Assembly (NCBI RefSeq): GCF_032444005.1
Contig: NC_091291.1
Coordinates: forward strand, 20,398,001 to 20,462,000
Origin: Ranitomeya imitator
Lineage: Eukaryota
Reading direction: 5' to 3'
Length of the DNA: 64,000 bases
Below, in pieces: positions 1 through 12,999 of this stretch. The notes beneath the pieces were generated by a model, which saw nothing but the letters and a program-made list of their open reading frames with translations, was not told where the DNA came from and searched no databases. Made by a program: the position numbers and the translations under genes. Each line of letters opens with the position of its first letter. Position 1 is the stretch's first letter.

Positions 1-199
1 TTTCGGTCGTCAGACCTGGTTCTCCAGTCCTCTTCTAGGTACCTCCGGTCCCCTTCCTTCATCACAGTGGTCTTCCATGTCCCGCGTGATGTCATGATGC
101 GAATTAAATTACCTGACAGAATTCAAAGTGAATATGCCAATTTATATAGGACTAGCTGAAGAGACCGACGTTGCCCGGGCGTAGAAACTAACTGACGTC

Positions 200-1000
200 C
201 CGTATTCTCCCTCAGCAGCCCCGCCCTCCGTCCACCATCCCGCTGTCTCCTTCCTCAGCCTCAGTCTCTAATCGCCTTCCTGCATTCTCGCTCCACAGCC
301 CCGCTCTCTCCCTGAGCAGCCCATGTCTCCACTGGCTGTCCCACTCTCCCTCCACAGCCCCGCTCTCCACTCGCCATCCCGCTCTCTCCCTCCGAAACCC
401 AGCTCTCCACCCGCCGTCCCGTATTCTCCCTCAGCAGCCCCGCCCTCCGTCCATTATCCCGCTGTCTCCTTCCTCAGCCCCACTCTGTAATCGCCATCCT
501 GCATTCTCGCTCCACAGCCCATGTCTCCACTGGCCGTCCCACTCTCCCTCCGCAGCTCCGCTCTCCACTTGCCGTCCTGCTCTCCACTCGCCATCCTGCT
601 CTCTCCCTCCACAGCCCCTGTCTCCGCTGGCCATCCCGCTCTCTCCCTCAGGAGCCGAGCTCTCCACCCGCATCCCCATATCTCCCTTAACAGTCCTGCT
701 CTCCACCGGTCATCAGGCTCTCTCCTTCCGCAGCCCCGCTCTCCACCCGCCGTCCCGCTCTCTCCCTCTGCAGCCCTGCTCTCCCTGCACCATCCGTTTC
801 TATCCCTCCACAGCCCCGCTCTCATCCATGTCCCGCTCTCCCTCCACAGCCCCACTCTCTCCCTCCACAGCCGTGCTCTCTTCTCCACAGCTCTCTACAC
901 GCCTTCCCACTCTATCCCTCTACATCCCCGCTCTCTCTCTCGCAGCTCCACTCTCCACTCACGTCCTGCACTTTCCCTCTGCAACCCCGCTCTCTACCCC
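200..1000. repeat. Pyrimidine-rich minisatellite, ~20-bp degenerate unit (CCCCGCTCTCTCCCTCCACAG-like)
   Basis: Motif repeats throughout; 200-260 recurs at 420-480; overlapping ORFs are low-complexity. Confidence 0.85.
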
Positions 1001-2007
1001 CTGTGGGCGGGGCTATGCAAAGTGGCTTGATACATACACACACATACATGCACTCAGCTTTATATATATATATATGTATATATATATTTTCTCATCTTTA
1101 GTTGTAACATCTACAATAAAGTCATGTTGCCAATTATGGCAAACAGTGGCATATCTAGACTCTGATGGGCTCCGATGCAAAATTTAAGCCTGCCCCCTCA
1201 TACTGTAATAATGTCCCCTGCCCTGTGTTAACGTCACCCATCCTGATCCTCTTCTTGGTATAATATCTGAGATTTGACCCTTTCAGAAATTTGTGTCCCT
1301 CATCCTTGGCCCCTTCTAGTAATAATATCCCCCATCCTCATGTGATGTCCACATCTGTACCCATTTCAGTAATATATGTACGCCATCCTTGGCCCCTTCC
1401 TGATATAATGTCCCACCTCTTCAGCCCATCCTGTAATAATACTCTGTGTTTTACTGCTATTTTCAAACACATTAAAAAAAAAAAAAATTCTACTCTCCTT
1501 CATCTGCTCCCATGACACATGGCATTCTCTTCTTCGAGAGCCGGTGCAGAGGCCAGCAATTGACTTTAGCGTGTTTTTTATGGGCCATACACGACATACT
1601 GCTATGTGCCGCCTGTGACTGTCACGCCGATGTCAGCTGCCCCTCCCAGAGGGTCTCTGCACTACAATACATTTCATATGAAAATGCGGGACGCACATCC
1701 AGCTGAGTAAGCGTTGTCATCAGTGGATTCCACTCGTACATGGGAAGTGTTGCGGTCACTCCCTCTGCGACTGATGATAAACATAAAACTAATAAAAAAT
1801 TTTAAAAATTAAAAAGTAGTAGCATCTTAATATATATTTACCCTGTAATGTCTTCACATCCTGTTCCGTCCAGATGTGTCCGGATCCCAGAATTCCAAGC
1901 GGCGGAAGTTCACCGACCTCCATATTGGGACACCCAAGTGATGGGTGTCTCAATATGGAAACTGCTGGTGGTGCCAGCCTCTTGCATGGTACCACCAGCA
2001 GAACACT

Positions 2008-3085
2008 TTTGCACCACACACACACACTCTATACGCCGTACGCACCACACACACACACACACACACACTGTATATGCCGTATGCACCACACACACAAACA
2101 CACACTGTATATGCCATACGCACCACACACACACTGTATACGCTGTATGCATCAAACACACACACACTGTATAAGCTGTACGCACCACACACACACTGTA
2201 TACGCCATATGCACCACACACACACTGTATTCGCTGTACACACCACACACACACTGTATACACCATACGCACCACACACACACTGTATACGCCGTACGCA
2301 CCACACACACACTGTATTCGCTGTACACACCACACACACACACTGTATACACCGTACGCACCACACACACAAACACTGTATACACCGTACGCACCACACA
2401 CACACACTGTATACGCCGTATGCACCACACACACACTGTATTCGCTGTACACACCACACACGCACACTGTATACACCCTAGGAATCCACACACACTGTAA
2501 ATGCTGTACACACCACACACACACACACTGTATATGCCGTACGCACCACACACACACTGTATTTACAGTACGCACCACACACACACACTGTATACGCCGT
2601 ATGCACCACACACACACACTGTATACACCGTATGCACCACACATACACACTGTATTCGCTGTACACACCACACATGCACACTGTATACACCCTACGCACC
2701 ACACACACACACTGTATTCGCAGTACGCACCACACACACACTGTATACACCGTATGCACCACACATACACACTGTATTCGCTGTACACACCACACATGCA
2801 CACTGTATACACCCTACGCACCACACACACACTGTATTCGCAGTACGCACCACACACACACTGTATACACCGTATGCACCACACATACACACTGTATTCG
2901 CTGTACACACCACACACACACTGTATACACTCTACGCACCACACACACACACTGTATTCGCTGTACGCACCACACACACACTGTATACACCGTATGCACC
3001 ACACATACACACTGTATTCGCTGGACACACCACACATGCACACTGTATACACCCTACGCACCACACACACACACTGTATACGCTG
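2008..3085. repeat. CA-rich minisatellite, ~30-bp unit (CACCACACACACACTGTATACGCCGTATG-like)
   Basis: Dozens of tandem units; accounts for the His/Thr- and Cys/Val-rich spurious ORFs in all frames. Confidence 0.95.
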
Positions 3086-3337
3086 TATGCAGCCTATTGC
3101 GCAGTACCACCAGCGGAACACCATCGAGAACACGCTGCCACCGGGATCAGCCAAATGATTCACTGACTGCCGCCATCTTTGTACAGGAGGAGCGCATGCA
3201 AAGTTTTAATGTGACCGCCGCTATCGGTCTGATTTACTGCACCTGCACGAATTCCATGCAGTTGCAGTGAATTATTCGGCTGATCCTGGCGGCAGATGCG
3301 CGACGTGTCTACACGCAGAGGAAACCGGTCACATTAA

Positions 3338-3668
3338 AGGGGTTTTCCCACAAACGAAAGTTCATTTTAAAAATTGTCTGTGTCTGACCGAGTACGGAGC
3401 ATAACACAGCTCCTGGGCAGGGGAGGGAGCAAAAGTCAATACTGACATTACAGCAGGGGAGCACAGAGGATTCATTTTGTGAGGTAAAATATTTCACTGA
3501 CTGTTGTTAAACAATATTTTACCTCATAAAATGTATCCTCTGCGATCTCCTGCTGTAATGTCAGTATTGTCTTTTGCTTCCTCCCCTGCCCAGGAGCTGT
3601 GATATGTTCTGTACACGGTCAGACACAGACAATTTTTAAAATTAACTTTCGTTCTTGGGAAAACCCCT
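3338..3668. mobile_element. Kolobok/T2-type MITE (331 bp, almost fully palindromic)
   Basis: TTAA at 3334-3337 and 3669-3672; ends AGGGGTTTTCCCA...TGGGAAAACCCCT; ~130-bp inverted arms. Confidence 0.9.
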
Positions 3669-4254
3669 TTAAAAAGCAAATATCAGCGCCAACATGGCTC
3701 CTCCTAAAAAGTGCGCCAATGACGATGAAAGGTAAGCAGCAAAGGCACAACGTCGAAGACAACAACGGGCAAATGAGACTCTTGAAGAGCAACAGCATCG
3801 ATGGGACAGAAACAAGGCATATAAGCGCAGGTGTCAAGCACATGAGTCCCCTGATGCAAAAGAACAAAGGACAGGAGGGAGAGAGACAGCAGACAAGGGG
3901 GATAGCACATGGGGCAGACAGGTGAAAGAAGAGAGCACAGACGGGAGAAGTCAGCACATGGGGAAAGACAGAGTGGATAGGTGGGGAGCACATGCGGGGA
4001 GATTCTCAATGCTTCAAAGCCTGCCCCCATCGTGACATTACCGCCCTCCCGATGCGATAGCATCTAGTTTTGATATATTCCACTATTCTGGAAAATGTAT
4101 GTAATGAAAACGTTATCTTACATTTACCCCCAAATAAATTTTTTAAATGTTTCCAGTTCATCTCTTTAAAAACAAGCAAACAGCAGGTACGATTGCTAAC
4201 ATCAAGCAAAAGAAACGTTCCTGCAGGCTGACTCTGTCTCAGCGCTGAAAGGGT

Positions 4255-4436
4255 TAAGGGGAAAAGAGGATTTCCTCCTGACGGTAAGTTTTTCGCTGAC
4301 TGTGGATCTGATGTAATAACTGATGTCACGGGACGAAGGTCTATAAATTTCACACCTAACTGGAGAATATTTTTAGACAGCGAAGAACCTCAAAAGTAAA
4401 AAGGAAGGAGTCGATCCTGGAGATAAGCAAGTAAGT
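4255..4436 (+). promoter_or_regulatory. Putative promoter and non-coding exon 1 of GPCR A
   Basis: TATAAA 4342-4347, ATG-free ~60-nt segment, donor GTAAGT 4431-4436; the block is conserved at 27365-27551 upstream of paralogue B. Confidence 0.65.
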
Positions 4437-4915
4437 AACCAGCGTGGAAGCCATGTATCAGGCTGTAGAGTGGGGAGAAGAAGCTTTATAATGTACGATT
4501 ATTACAGCCTCACCAGCAAAACAGAGGGCGACGTTGTGACCCGAGATCCCGGAGCAGGTTTAGTGCTAATTATGGAATCTGTCACTAAACTGTTTACGAA
4601 TAACACAACGTCGCCGCTAGCAGGTAACACGTAGAGCTGTGATAAGGACAGACCCAGGGATCTCCTACGCAATTTATTATTTGTGACCAATGGTTTGATG
4701 TTATCATGAAGTATAATGGTGGTAAAAGTTCTGAAACTTTATATAAAGCAGTGCTTCGTTCATTGACAGCAAACGTAGATCTTGAAAATGGAGAGGAATT
4801 GAAGAACAAAGTTTCGGAAAGTTGTAGAAACTTTTTCGGAAGTGTCCAGAATAATAATTATAAACTGAAAACACGTTATGGCATTATGGCTTGTAACAAA
4901 AAAATCTATTTAGTA

Positions 4916-4996
4916 TCTATCTATGATTTATGTATTATCTAATATCTATTTTCTATCTATTTTCTATCTATCTATCTATCTATTATCTATGATCTA
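4916..4996. repeat. (TCTA)n microsatellite abutting the assembly gap
   Basis: Degenerate TCTA/TATC units run into the N stretch. Confidence 0.8.
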
Positions 4997-5725
4997 NNNN
5001 NNNNNNNNNNNNNNNNNNNNNNNNNNNNNNNNNNNNNNNNNNNNNNNNNNNNNNNNNNNNNNNNNNNNNNNNNNNNNNNNNNNNNNNNNNNNNNNNNNNN
5101 NNNNNNNNNNNNNNNNNNNNNNNNNNNNNNNNNNNNNNNNNNNNNNNNNNNNNNNNNNNNNNNNNNNNNNNNNNNNNNNNNNNNNNNNNNNNNNNNNNNN
5201 NNNNNNNNNNNNNNNNNNNNNNNNNNNNNNNNNNNNNNNNNNNNNNNNNNNNNNNNNNNNNNNNNNNNNNNNNNNNNNNNNNNNNNNNNNNNNNNNNNNN
5301 NNNNNNNNNNNNNNNNNNNNNNNNNNNNNNNNNNNNNNNNNNNNNNNNNNNNNNNNNNNNNNNNNNNNNNNNNNNNNNNNNNNNNNNNNNNNNNNNNNNN
5401 NNNNNNNNNNNNNNNNNNNNNNNNNNNNNNNNNNNNNNNNNNNNNNNNNNNNNNNNNNNNNNNNNNNNNNNNNNNNNNNNNNNNNNNNNNNNNNNNNNNN
5501 NNNNNNNNNNNNNNNNNNNNNNNNNNNNNNNNNNNNNNNNNNNNNNNNNNNNNNNNNNNNNNNNNNNNNNNNNNNNNNNNNNNNNNNNNNNNNNNNNNNN
5601 NNNNNNNNNNNNNNNNNNNNNNNNNNNNNNNNNNNNNNNNNNNNNNNNNNNNNNNNNNNNNNNNNNNNNNNNNNNNNNNNNNNNNNNNNNNNNNNNNNNN
5701 NNNNNNNNNNNNNNNNNNNNNNNNN
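4997..5725. other. Assembly gap (729 N), inside the inferred intron of GPCR A
   Basis: Run of N. Confidence 1.
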
Positions 5726-8238
5726 GAATTGCGCCAACTCCAATCTTGTGTTTTCTTCAATCTGCATCGATTGAGATCACTGTGACATTGCTAAGGCTGA
5801 TTTTGCTCTAAAAATCCTGAAAAGTGCTGGATGCAGTCCTAGTAGACCTCCGAGTGTTGCACACATCTTTACAATTCAATTGGAAGCTTTGGAGCACTTT
5901 CTATTCGTACTGAGTAGATTTGGACAAAATTAAGTGTTTGGGGTGAAAAAATTGGAGATATTCAAGACATCCAATGATCTGTACTATATATCTTTCCCAG
6001 CATCTTATCTATATAAAAACCTACAATTGTATTTAGTGGAAGTTGTGACTGTTCTTTCTGCACCTCTTTCCATCCGCTTAGATGCTACTGTGACTATTGA
6101 CCGTGGCATCTATGGGGTAAACTGCTGGTTTCTCTGATTCTGACAGTTTCAGTCCAATAACAGCTGTATAACGCAGCCGATACTCATTGTATATAGGGCA
6201 GGTTCATGTCAGGAAGAAGTTACAATTAAATAGATGACTACTTTACTTCTACTTCATTATCTACTGAGCATCGGTCGGACTGTAAAAGTCCAGTTTCTTG
6301 GATTTACATATAAAAAGTCCACTTTTAAGCAGGGACTCAGCCTCATGCACCAGAGCAAAGCCAACATTGTGTAACAATATTACAACACATTGCAGGGCAG
6401 TGACTGATCTCGGAAGAAAATATTCCTACAGAACACAAAAACAAATGAATTGCTGATTTGTTACAACAGGTTCTCAAAAAAGGAAACTGACACATTTCCT
6501 CCGAACCCAGAAAAACAGTTTTTTTTTTTAATGTCAACATTTTATTTCCATTTAAGACTTTGATAAATATTGATCTCGGTTAGGAAAAGCGTATTAAACA
6601 CTGCCACCTAGTGGCTGCTCCATTGTACCGCAAAAAAAATCGTGTAACAGTGTATCATAAGTAGCCTGAAAAGAGAGCACGTAATGTTTCTGTCCGAGTT
6701 CAACGTACTGAGAAAGACATCTAAGCCACTGTTAAAATAAAATATTTAAAGTATCAACAATTAAAAGTAACCTTTAGAACTTCCAAATAGTCTCAATGCT
6801 TTTACAGTAAAGAATCCTTTTCTTTGAAGAGGATAAATACCTTTTTCTGAATCTGACGTTCATCTGTAGTTTTCATAGAGCTGAGATGTAAAGAAAAAAA
6901 AACATTTTGTTATCTGAGGTTTATGAAATAAGCATGTTGCCTTAACCTCTACTAAAACCATTAGCCCAACTTCCGCCTTATCTGATAATGTCACCTTGCT
7001 GTTGTTGGGTAAGATCATGATTAGCAAAATATTTCAATAGGAGACACATGTCGTATCTCCACAAGAACCTGCTCCTGCGACTTCTCCGTCTATTTCCCGG
7101 AGTTGCTATATTCACTACATAGGCGGTGCTGGTGATGGAAGACATACCGGGATAAGAAGCTATGGATGGCACAGGCTCTGTCCAACACTGAGGTTAGACC
7201 TGCAGTGCTGTCCTGTCTGACAGCATTGGTGTGTGCTCTCCAGCTGATGTTATCAGCTCCTTGCTTCAGCTAATTGGAAAGCACCACACCCTACTTAACC
7301 TTCCAGCTTCTGCTGGAAGCTGCCAGGTATAGCTTTGTGCTTCCCGGTTTAGGACTGTGTTTTCTGCTCCTGTTTAGCATTTGTGTTTTCCTGTTTTTAC
7401 CTCGGCTTTTTTTTTGTTGACATTTCTCATAAGAAACACCAATGATAGAAATGCAAGTCAATATACAATAAAACAAGATAATTTTATTAAGTGAGTAACA
7501 GCAGACAAAAAGTAACGCACAGTAGAATGAGACTTGAGAGGTAAGTTAGGAAGAAGCAGTAGAACCTGATATCTATTTAATAAAAAATCTAAGTGGTTTC
7601 TTACTCAATAATTCACAAATAATTAATATGTAACACCGAAAAAAAGAGTGGAATATAAAATATATTCAAATTCAGCAATAACAACAATTACATGATTATC
7701 ATATATAGAAGAGTAAATGACTCAATCAGGAAGTAAGGCATAAACAAATAGAAAACTTGAATAATTAAGCCACCTAAGGGGACACCCAGGCGCCCATATG
7801 TGCAAATGAGCAATGAGACATAAAAAAATATAAGCAATAGAATAATGGATACTCAATATAACAAATGTCAAAGCAGAATTAAGGCAAGTGACTAGATCCA
7901 ACACCAGACACACATTTTCACACTTGGAAAAGTATTTCCGGGGAAACGCGCGTCGCGTGCGGTGGCATCTGGTCACTTGCCTTACTCCAGCTATGATACT
8001 TGTTGAGCCTCTGACTTGCCACTCCATGTGCCCTGTTAAGAATGAAAATTCACATTCCAATGTGAATGTTTCTAATTCCGCCTCTATAAACATTGGAAAG
8101 TTAAAATGGAAAACAAAGCAAATCACTTCCTTGTAATTACATTAAAATGAATGAACAAATTGTAATTTTTACCATTGGTAATATTTTTTTTTACATTTGC
8201 AGGTTCTTTGAACTGTTCCACTCTTCACCAATGAAATA

Positions 8239-9294
8239 ATGGAAAGCAACACAACAGCATTTCCATTCTTCGATATTACAGCACTGGATGAAACTTCTGT
8301 CGATGCCACCGATTCCTCCGACGAAGAGCCTGGATTGCATATTGTGCATTATTTCTCTTTGGTGGTCTACTCTTTGGCTTTTCTACTGGGGACCTTCGGG
8401 AATGGGCTGGTCATCTGGTTCACAGTCTTCAAGATGAAGAAAACGGTCAACGTTATTTGGTTCCTTAATTTGGCGATTGCTGACTTTGTGTTCACACTAT
8501 TTCTCCCTTTGAGCATAATCTACCTGGCAAACAATTTCAACTGGCTCTTCGGAAGCTTCATGTGCAAGTTGAACAGCATGGTGGCTTTCATCAACCTGTA
8601 TGCAAGCGTCTTCCTTCTTACCTCCATCAGTATAGACCGTTGTGCCTCTGTCATCTTCCCGGTTTGGTGTCAAAACCACCGAACTCCAAGGCTGGCTTTA
8701 TTTGTTGTCATGGCTGTTTGGTTACTGGCTTTTATATTAAGCTTGCCATACTTTATAATTCGAGACACCTTCGAGGATGATGGCTTCATATTTTGTTATA
8801 ACAACTTTGAACTTGGAGCATCTAAAGACATTGGCATATCTCGACACAAAGCGACAGTCATATTGCGATTTGTTGTAGGATTTATTATTCCTTTCACCAT
8901 CGTTGTTACATGTTACTCTGTGATTGCCCTCCGGATCCAAAGAAACCACATGACCACCTCTTCCAAGCCCTTCAAAGTAATCATCGCGGTGATCATTACC
9001 TTCTTTCTTTGTTGGCTTCCTTACCATATTTTCTCGTTCCTGGAATTGCACTCAACATATCGGAAAGATGGCTATCTGCAGAACGAAGTTCGTGTTGGGA
9101 CTCCTCTAACCACCAGCCTCGCGTTCCTGAACAGCTGCGTCAATCCTTTCCTCTATGTTTTTATTGGTCGGGACTTTAAAAATAAATTTGGTAAGTCCAT
9201 CCATTCCATATTTGAAAAAGCTTTCAATGAAGACTCAATGCATAAAGACCTGAAGAGCAAAACCAAGTCTACATCTGAATCCCAAATCCTCTGA
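8239..9294 (+). CDS. cmklr1-like: Chemerin-like receptor 1-like class A GPCR (paralogue A, 351 aa, single coding exon)
   Basis: Seven hydrophobic segments; GNGLVIW, NLAIADF, WLFGSFMCK, SIDRC..FPVWCQNHR, CWLPYH and NSCVNPFLY motifs as in the CMKLR1/GPR1/FPR group; acceptor TTGCAG ends at 8202. Confidence 0.9.
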   Translation: MESNTTAFPFFDITALDETSVDATDSSDEEPGLHIVHYFSLVVYSLAFLLGTFGNGLVIWFTVFKMKKTVNVIWFLNLAIADFVFTLFLPLSIIYLANNFNWLFGSFMCKLNSMVAFINLYASVFLLTSISIDRCASVIFPVWCQNHRTPRLALFVVMAVWLLAFILSLPYFIIRDTFEDDGFIFCYNNFELGASKDIGISRHKATVILRFVVGFIIPFTIVVTCYSVIALRIQRNHMTTSSKPFKVIIAVIITFFLCWLPYHIFSFLELHSTYRKDGYLQNEVRVGTPLTTSLAFLNSCVNPFLYVFIGRDFKNKFGKSIHSIFEKAFNEDSMHKDLKSKTKSTSESQIL

Positions 9295-10152
9295 TCCATA
9301 CAGAAACCTTCACATTTGAACTTTTGGGTTTGGCTAAAGGTTCCTGTACATGTTCTTGACTGAACGAACAGTAACGTGGAGTGTTGTAGAACTAATGTTC
9401 AAAGTATTAAAACTTTGTTGTTTGGTCCTAACGCTTTGAGGACAAAAGAGTTGGAGAGACTTTTCAAAGGAAAAATTGAACTCAACCTCAAGGACATCTT
9501 GTTCAGTACACCCATTTAAAAACCATAGTCAATGGATCAAGGCAAGCTGTCCAAATAGTTGGTTATTTTCAAAAAGTGGATCATCCATTCTTCGAAAAGG
9601 GTATCCCACTGCTAAAAACCAGAGTAATGAGCTGTTATTTTTGAAAGAACCTAGCATCAACTGCTCATTTCACCTACAGCGCCCCCGCAGGACAATTGAA
9701 GTATTACACAGTGTCTTGAAAAAAGTCAGTGCATGTGTGGATGTGCTGGGTCCTCCTGGTTGTGCCTTTTAGTGCTGGCTAATTGATAAAGGTCCCAAAT
9801 AAGAACCTAAGAATGAATTCATACCAGTTACACTTCCCTGTTTGTAGAACAATTATTAAACTCTTGCAAGATATCATGATCGAGAAAACAAAGTGAGCAT
9901 TATTTTTGTTTTCCAGTATGTGACTTTTCCCCTCTCGTTTTAAACCCATAAACTTTCTTGGAACTTCTCAAGTGCCAATAGGAGAGGGAAGTTGCAAACT
10001 TTAACATAAATATTGGTCAAGTCAAATGTTGTGACATTCACTTTGTGAATTCCCTGCATAAATATTATCATGCTTGAATTATAATATGTCATCTAAATGA
10101 ATGTTTGTTTGTTTTGTAAATGATTATATAGAATGTTTTCTTCTTTAGACCA

Positions 10153-10589
10153 GGATCCAAGAAGTACCGTTTCTCCTTGCGGAAAGTGACATGTTAAGCA
10201 TGTCGAGATGAGGAGACTTAAAGCCGCAATGCTCCTCTGGGAAATATGCAAATTGTCTCTTCAGAGAGGAAGAGGACTAGAACTCTAGTGCCTCCTATTG
10301 GTGGTAGCAATCCTAACAGTCAATGTCGACCCTTTAACGAGCCTTGTGACATGACTTAGGATAAAAGCCAAACCAGAATCTCAATTTGCAGACACTGTGT
10401 TTTGGGGTACTGCCCCTCGTCAGTGCAAAGTGTGAGATCTGGTTTGGCTGGGTGAGAGGTGTCTGACCGGGATCCAAGACATGCGACAAGGCTCGTTAAA
10501 GAGTCGACATTGACTGTTAGGATTGCTACTTCCAATAGGTGGCACTAGAGTTCTAGTCCTCTTCCTCTCTGAAGAAACAATTTTCTTCG
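10153..10589. mobile_element. Hairpin-type non-autonomous insertion specific to the A copy
   Basis: Internal inverted repeat 10251-10582; 8-bp direct repeat TTAGACCA at 10145-10152 and 10590-10597; the paralogous B flank has a single TTAGATCA near 33179. No terminal TIRs seen. Confidence 0.5.
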
Positions 10590-11161
10590 TTAGACCATAA
10601 TGACAATGATGGCGTCTTCATTTAAATAATTGTTTATTCAAATATTACATATGAAAATTAATTTATTGTGTCCTAAATTTTTACACCTTTCAACATCAAT
10701 TCACTGTTAAGCTTACAATGATTATTTTCATGATATACTGTAGCTTAGCAGTAATTGAGGTTCTATATTTCTGATACATTGCTGTAAATCCCTCTAATAA
10801 ACATATATTCAAATAATACAATTCTGGCTGCCTGCTGCCACCACTAGGGGGAGCCTAAGAGCTTAGTGTAGACTGTGTTATTATTGTTTTCGATTTGTCA
10901 ACATTGTGCGGGAAGCTCCTGAGCTCCCTCTAGTGGTGGCTAAAGGTAGCTAGAACTTTATTCTTATGCCCTAATTGGAAATATTATGAATTTTTTATAA
11001 GCATAGAATAAAAAAAAGAAAAAACGTTCGTGGAAGGATCATAACTTCAAGGAAATATTGTGAAATGTGTTGTTATGATATTGTTATCAGCTTCTAAAAG
11101 TAAATAAACTTATTTTTATTGTACTTTTTCTTTTTAATAATGAATGCAATGATAAAAAGTG

Positions 11162-11260
11162 CCGTATTATTCGGACTATAAGATGCACCCCAAAATTAGA
11201 GGAGGAATATAGGAAAAAAATTTTTAACATGAAAATGGGGTCCTCCATGTAGTCCAAATT
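11162..11260. mobile_element. Left-end fragment of a Tc1/mariner (pogo/Tc2-like) MITE
   Basis: CCGTATTATTCGGACTATAAGATGCACC resembles the TIR of the intact MITE at 27991; no right TIR found. Confidence 0.45.
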
Positions 11261-12169
11261 TAGCTTACCAGGGGGTACGATGATGATGGAGTGGGGTCAC
11301 AGGAAGCATGAGCAAGGTCTCACCTGTCGATTGATGTTCTTAATTCTTGCTTGCGCCAGAGCCATTTTCCTGAAGTGGGCAGCCAAGAGATCAATGACTC
11401 CTCCTTCGCACCGCCAGGACAGCCCCACCTCCCATCCCCTATTCCTCCTGCCGCTGACTTCCTGCAGCCGTGACCCTGCCTTCTATGACTTTGCTCGACC
11501 ACTGTCACTCCCCCCCTCGGTAAGCTACATTCGGAGTATGAAACATATCCCCATTTTCCTCACCAATTTGATATTCTCAGCCTCTAGCATAGATTGTCAA
11601 CAATTAATGGTCTTTCCCCCCAGCTGCCTGTTGTTAGGCCTGTAATACCCGGGCTGGAGTATGGGAGCGACCTTTCCCACCCAAGCTCTTTTGGTCGCTC
11701 CTAAATCCTGGACCCAAAATCCATTTGACAAAAAACCATCTCAGTAACTTAGTGAGAGCACACTGTGTGCTCAAAAAGAGCAAAATTATCTTCCCTGGTC
11801 CATTTGCTGGATTTAAAAAAGCAAATCTGTGAAAATGAAGACGCGATTTTAACCATCTACTGAATTTGTAAGAGTGCTGGATTTCTCCAGTTTTTTCCTA
11901 CTGTCAGTGATGCCGCATCATATCTGTGCACCTGTTTCCTAGAAAGAGCTGGCTATACACGTGTTTTGGTTTATGGTTGAACCCGTGCAGCCACAAAGCG
12001 GCCAAAATTTTAAAGGAGATAATTACACCTCCAAAGCAGTTGGAATTGTGCATTTTGGTGAGCGCCTGGACTGCAAATTGCCACGGTCAAACATACCATT
12101 AGAGAAAGACGAGCAGGCGCACAGGGGTCCAAGGTGTAAGGGGGCCAATTTCCGCCTCTAAATAGATTA

Positions 12170-12507
12170 GGCTAGGTTCACATTACGTTATGTGAACCCG
12201 TTAAATGGACTACGTTACACCACGGCATAACGTGGTGTAACGTAGTCCGTTAACGCCGCCATTGCTTGTAATGGCGAACGCATCGCTAGCGCACGCCCAC
12301 AATGGGCGTGCACTAGCGATGTGCTGTCATTTGAGTGACGGACCTCGAATGCTGCTTGCAGCATTCGCCGGTCCGTTCCTCGCTAGTGCAGATCGGGCAT
12401 TTACGCTAGCAGGATCGGCTAACGCGATCCCTTTTGGGACATTGCGTTAGCGCAGTCCGTAGCGCTATGCGCTAGATGGACTGCCCTAACGCAATGTGAA
12501 TCTAGCC
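12170..12507. mobile_element. PIF/Harbinger-like MITE (338 bp)
   Basis: TIR GGCTAGGTTCACATT...AATGTGAATCTAGCC, TWA flanks (TTA/TAA), internal palindromy. Confidence 0.8.
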
Positions 12508-12999
12508 TAAGCAGATTATGGTACAGACACATTATTGAGCCCATATATTGTTTTTGCAGAGGGTCCCTATCCTGTTTGGATCCACTCCTGATGAGGTGGT
12601 CTTATATACCAATTACCCCCATAATGTGATCTAGATTTAGGCATATTCCTAAGTCATCTTGCTACTTTGACATCATATCACAATGCATCAAATGAAAGGA
12701 TCACCACCAACAGAAGATACCACCAGGGTTGGACTAGGGTGTCTGAGGTACGCAGGAGGAATTGACTTTAGGGGCCCACACTACAACTACATGCAATCAG
12801 CTGTTAGCCGTAATCAACATTATAGTGGAGCGTCGACTGCAAAATAAAGGTGGCTCCTGTGTATCTACTGTGTGAACAATATAACTGGGATATATAAATA
12901 GGTTAGTTTGCATTAAAGGGGTTCACCTACATACAAGCCTGCATGACCAGACAACATATTATCACCTCATAGTAACTGATTACAACTATTTCCTTTATT

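Noticed and set aside
1-190. Hammerhead-like fragments (TTTCGGTCGTCAGACC at the window start; CTGAAGAG...GAAAC at 155-187)
   Set aside because: The core or stem II is non-canonical in both and the context is cut by the window edge, so a ribozyme cannot be supported.
431-3270. Many 100-400 aa ORFs rich in His/Thr, Cys/Val or Ser/Pro/Leu
   Set aside because: They are translations of minisatellites, open in several frames on both strands, with no domain signature.
4923-5774. ORFs of 257-283 aa
   Set aside because: They consist almost entirely of the N gap.
6601-6614. CTCF-consensus match CCACTAGGTGGCAG (minus strand) and near-matches at 10836-10940 and 33420-33527
   Set aside because: Such motifs are common inside frog MITEs; without ChIP data they do not support an insulator call.
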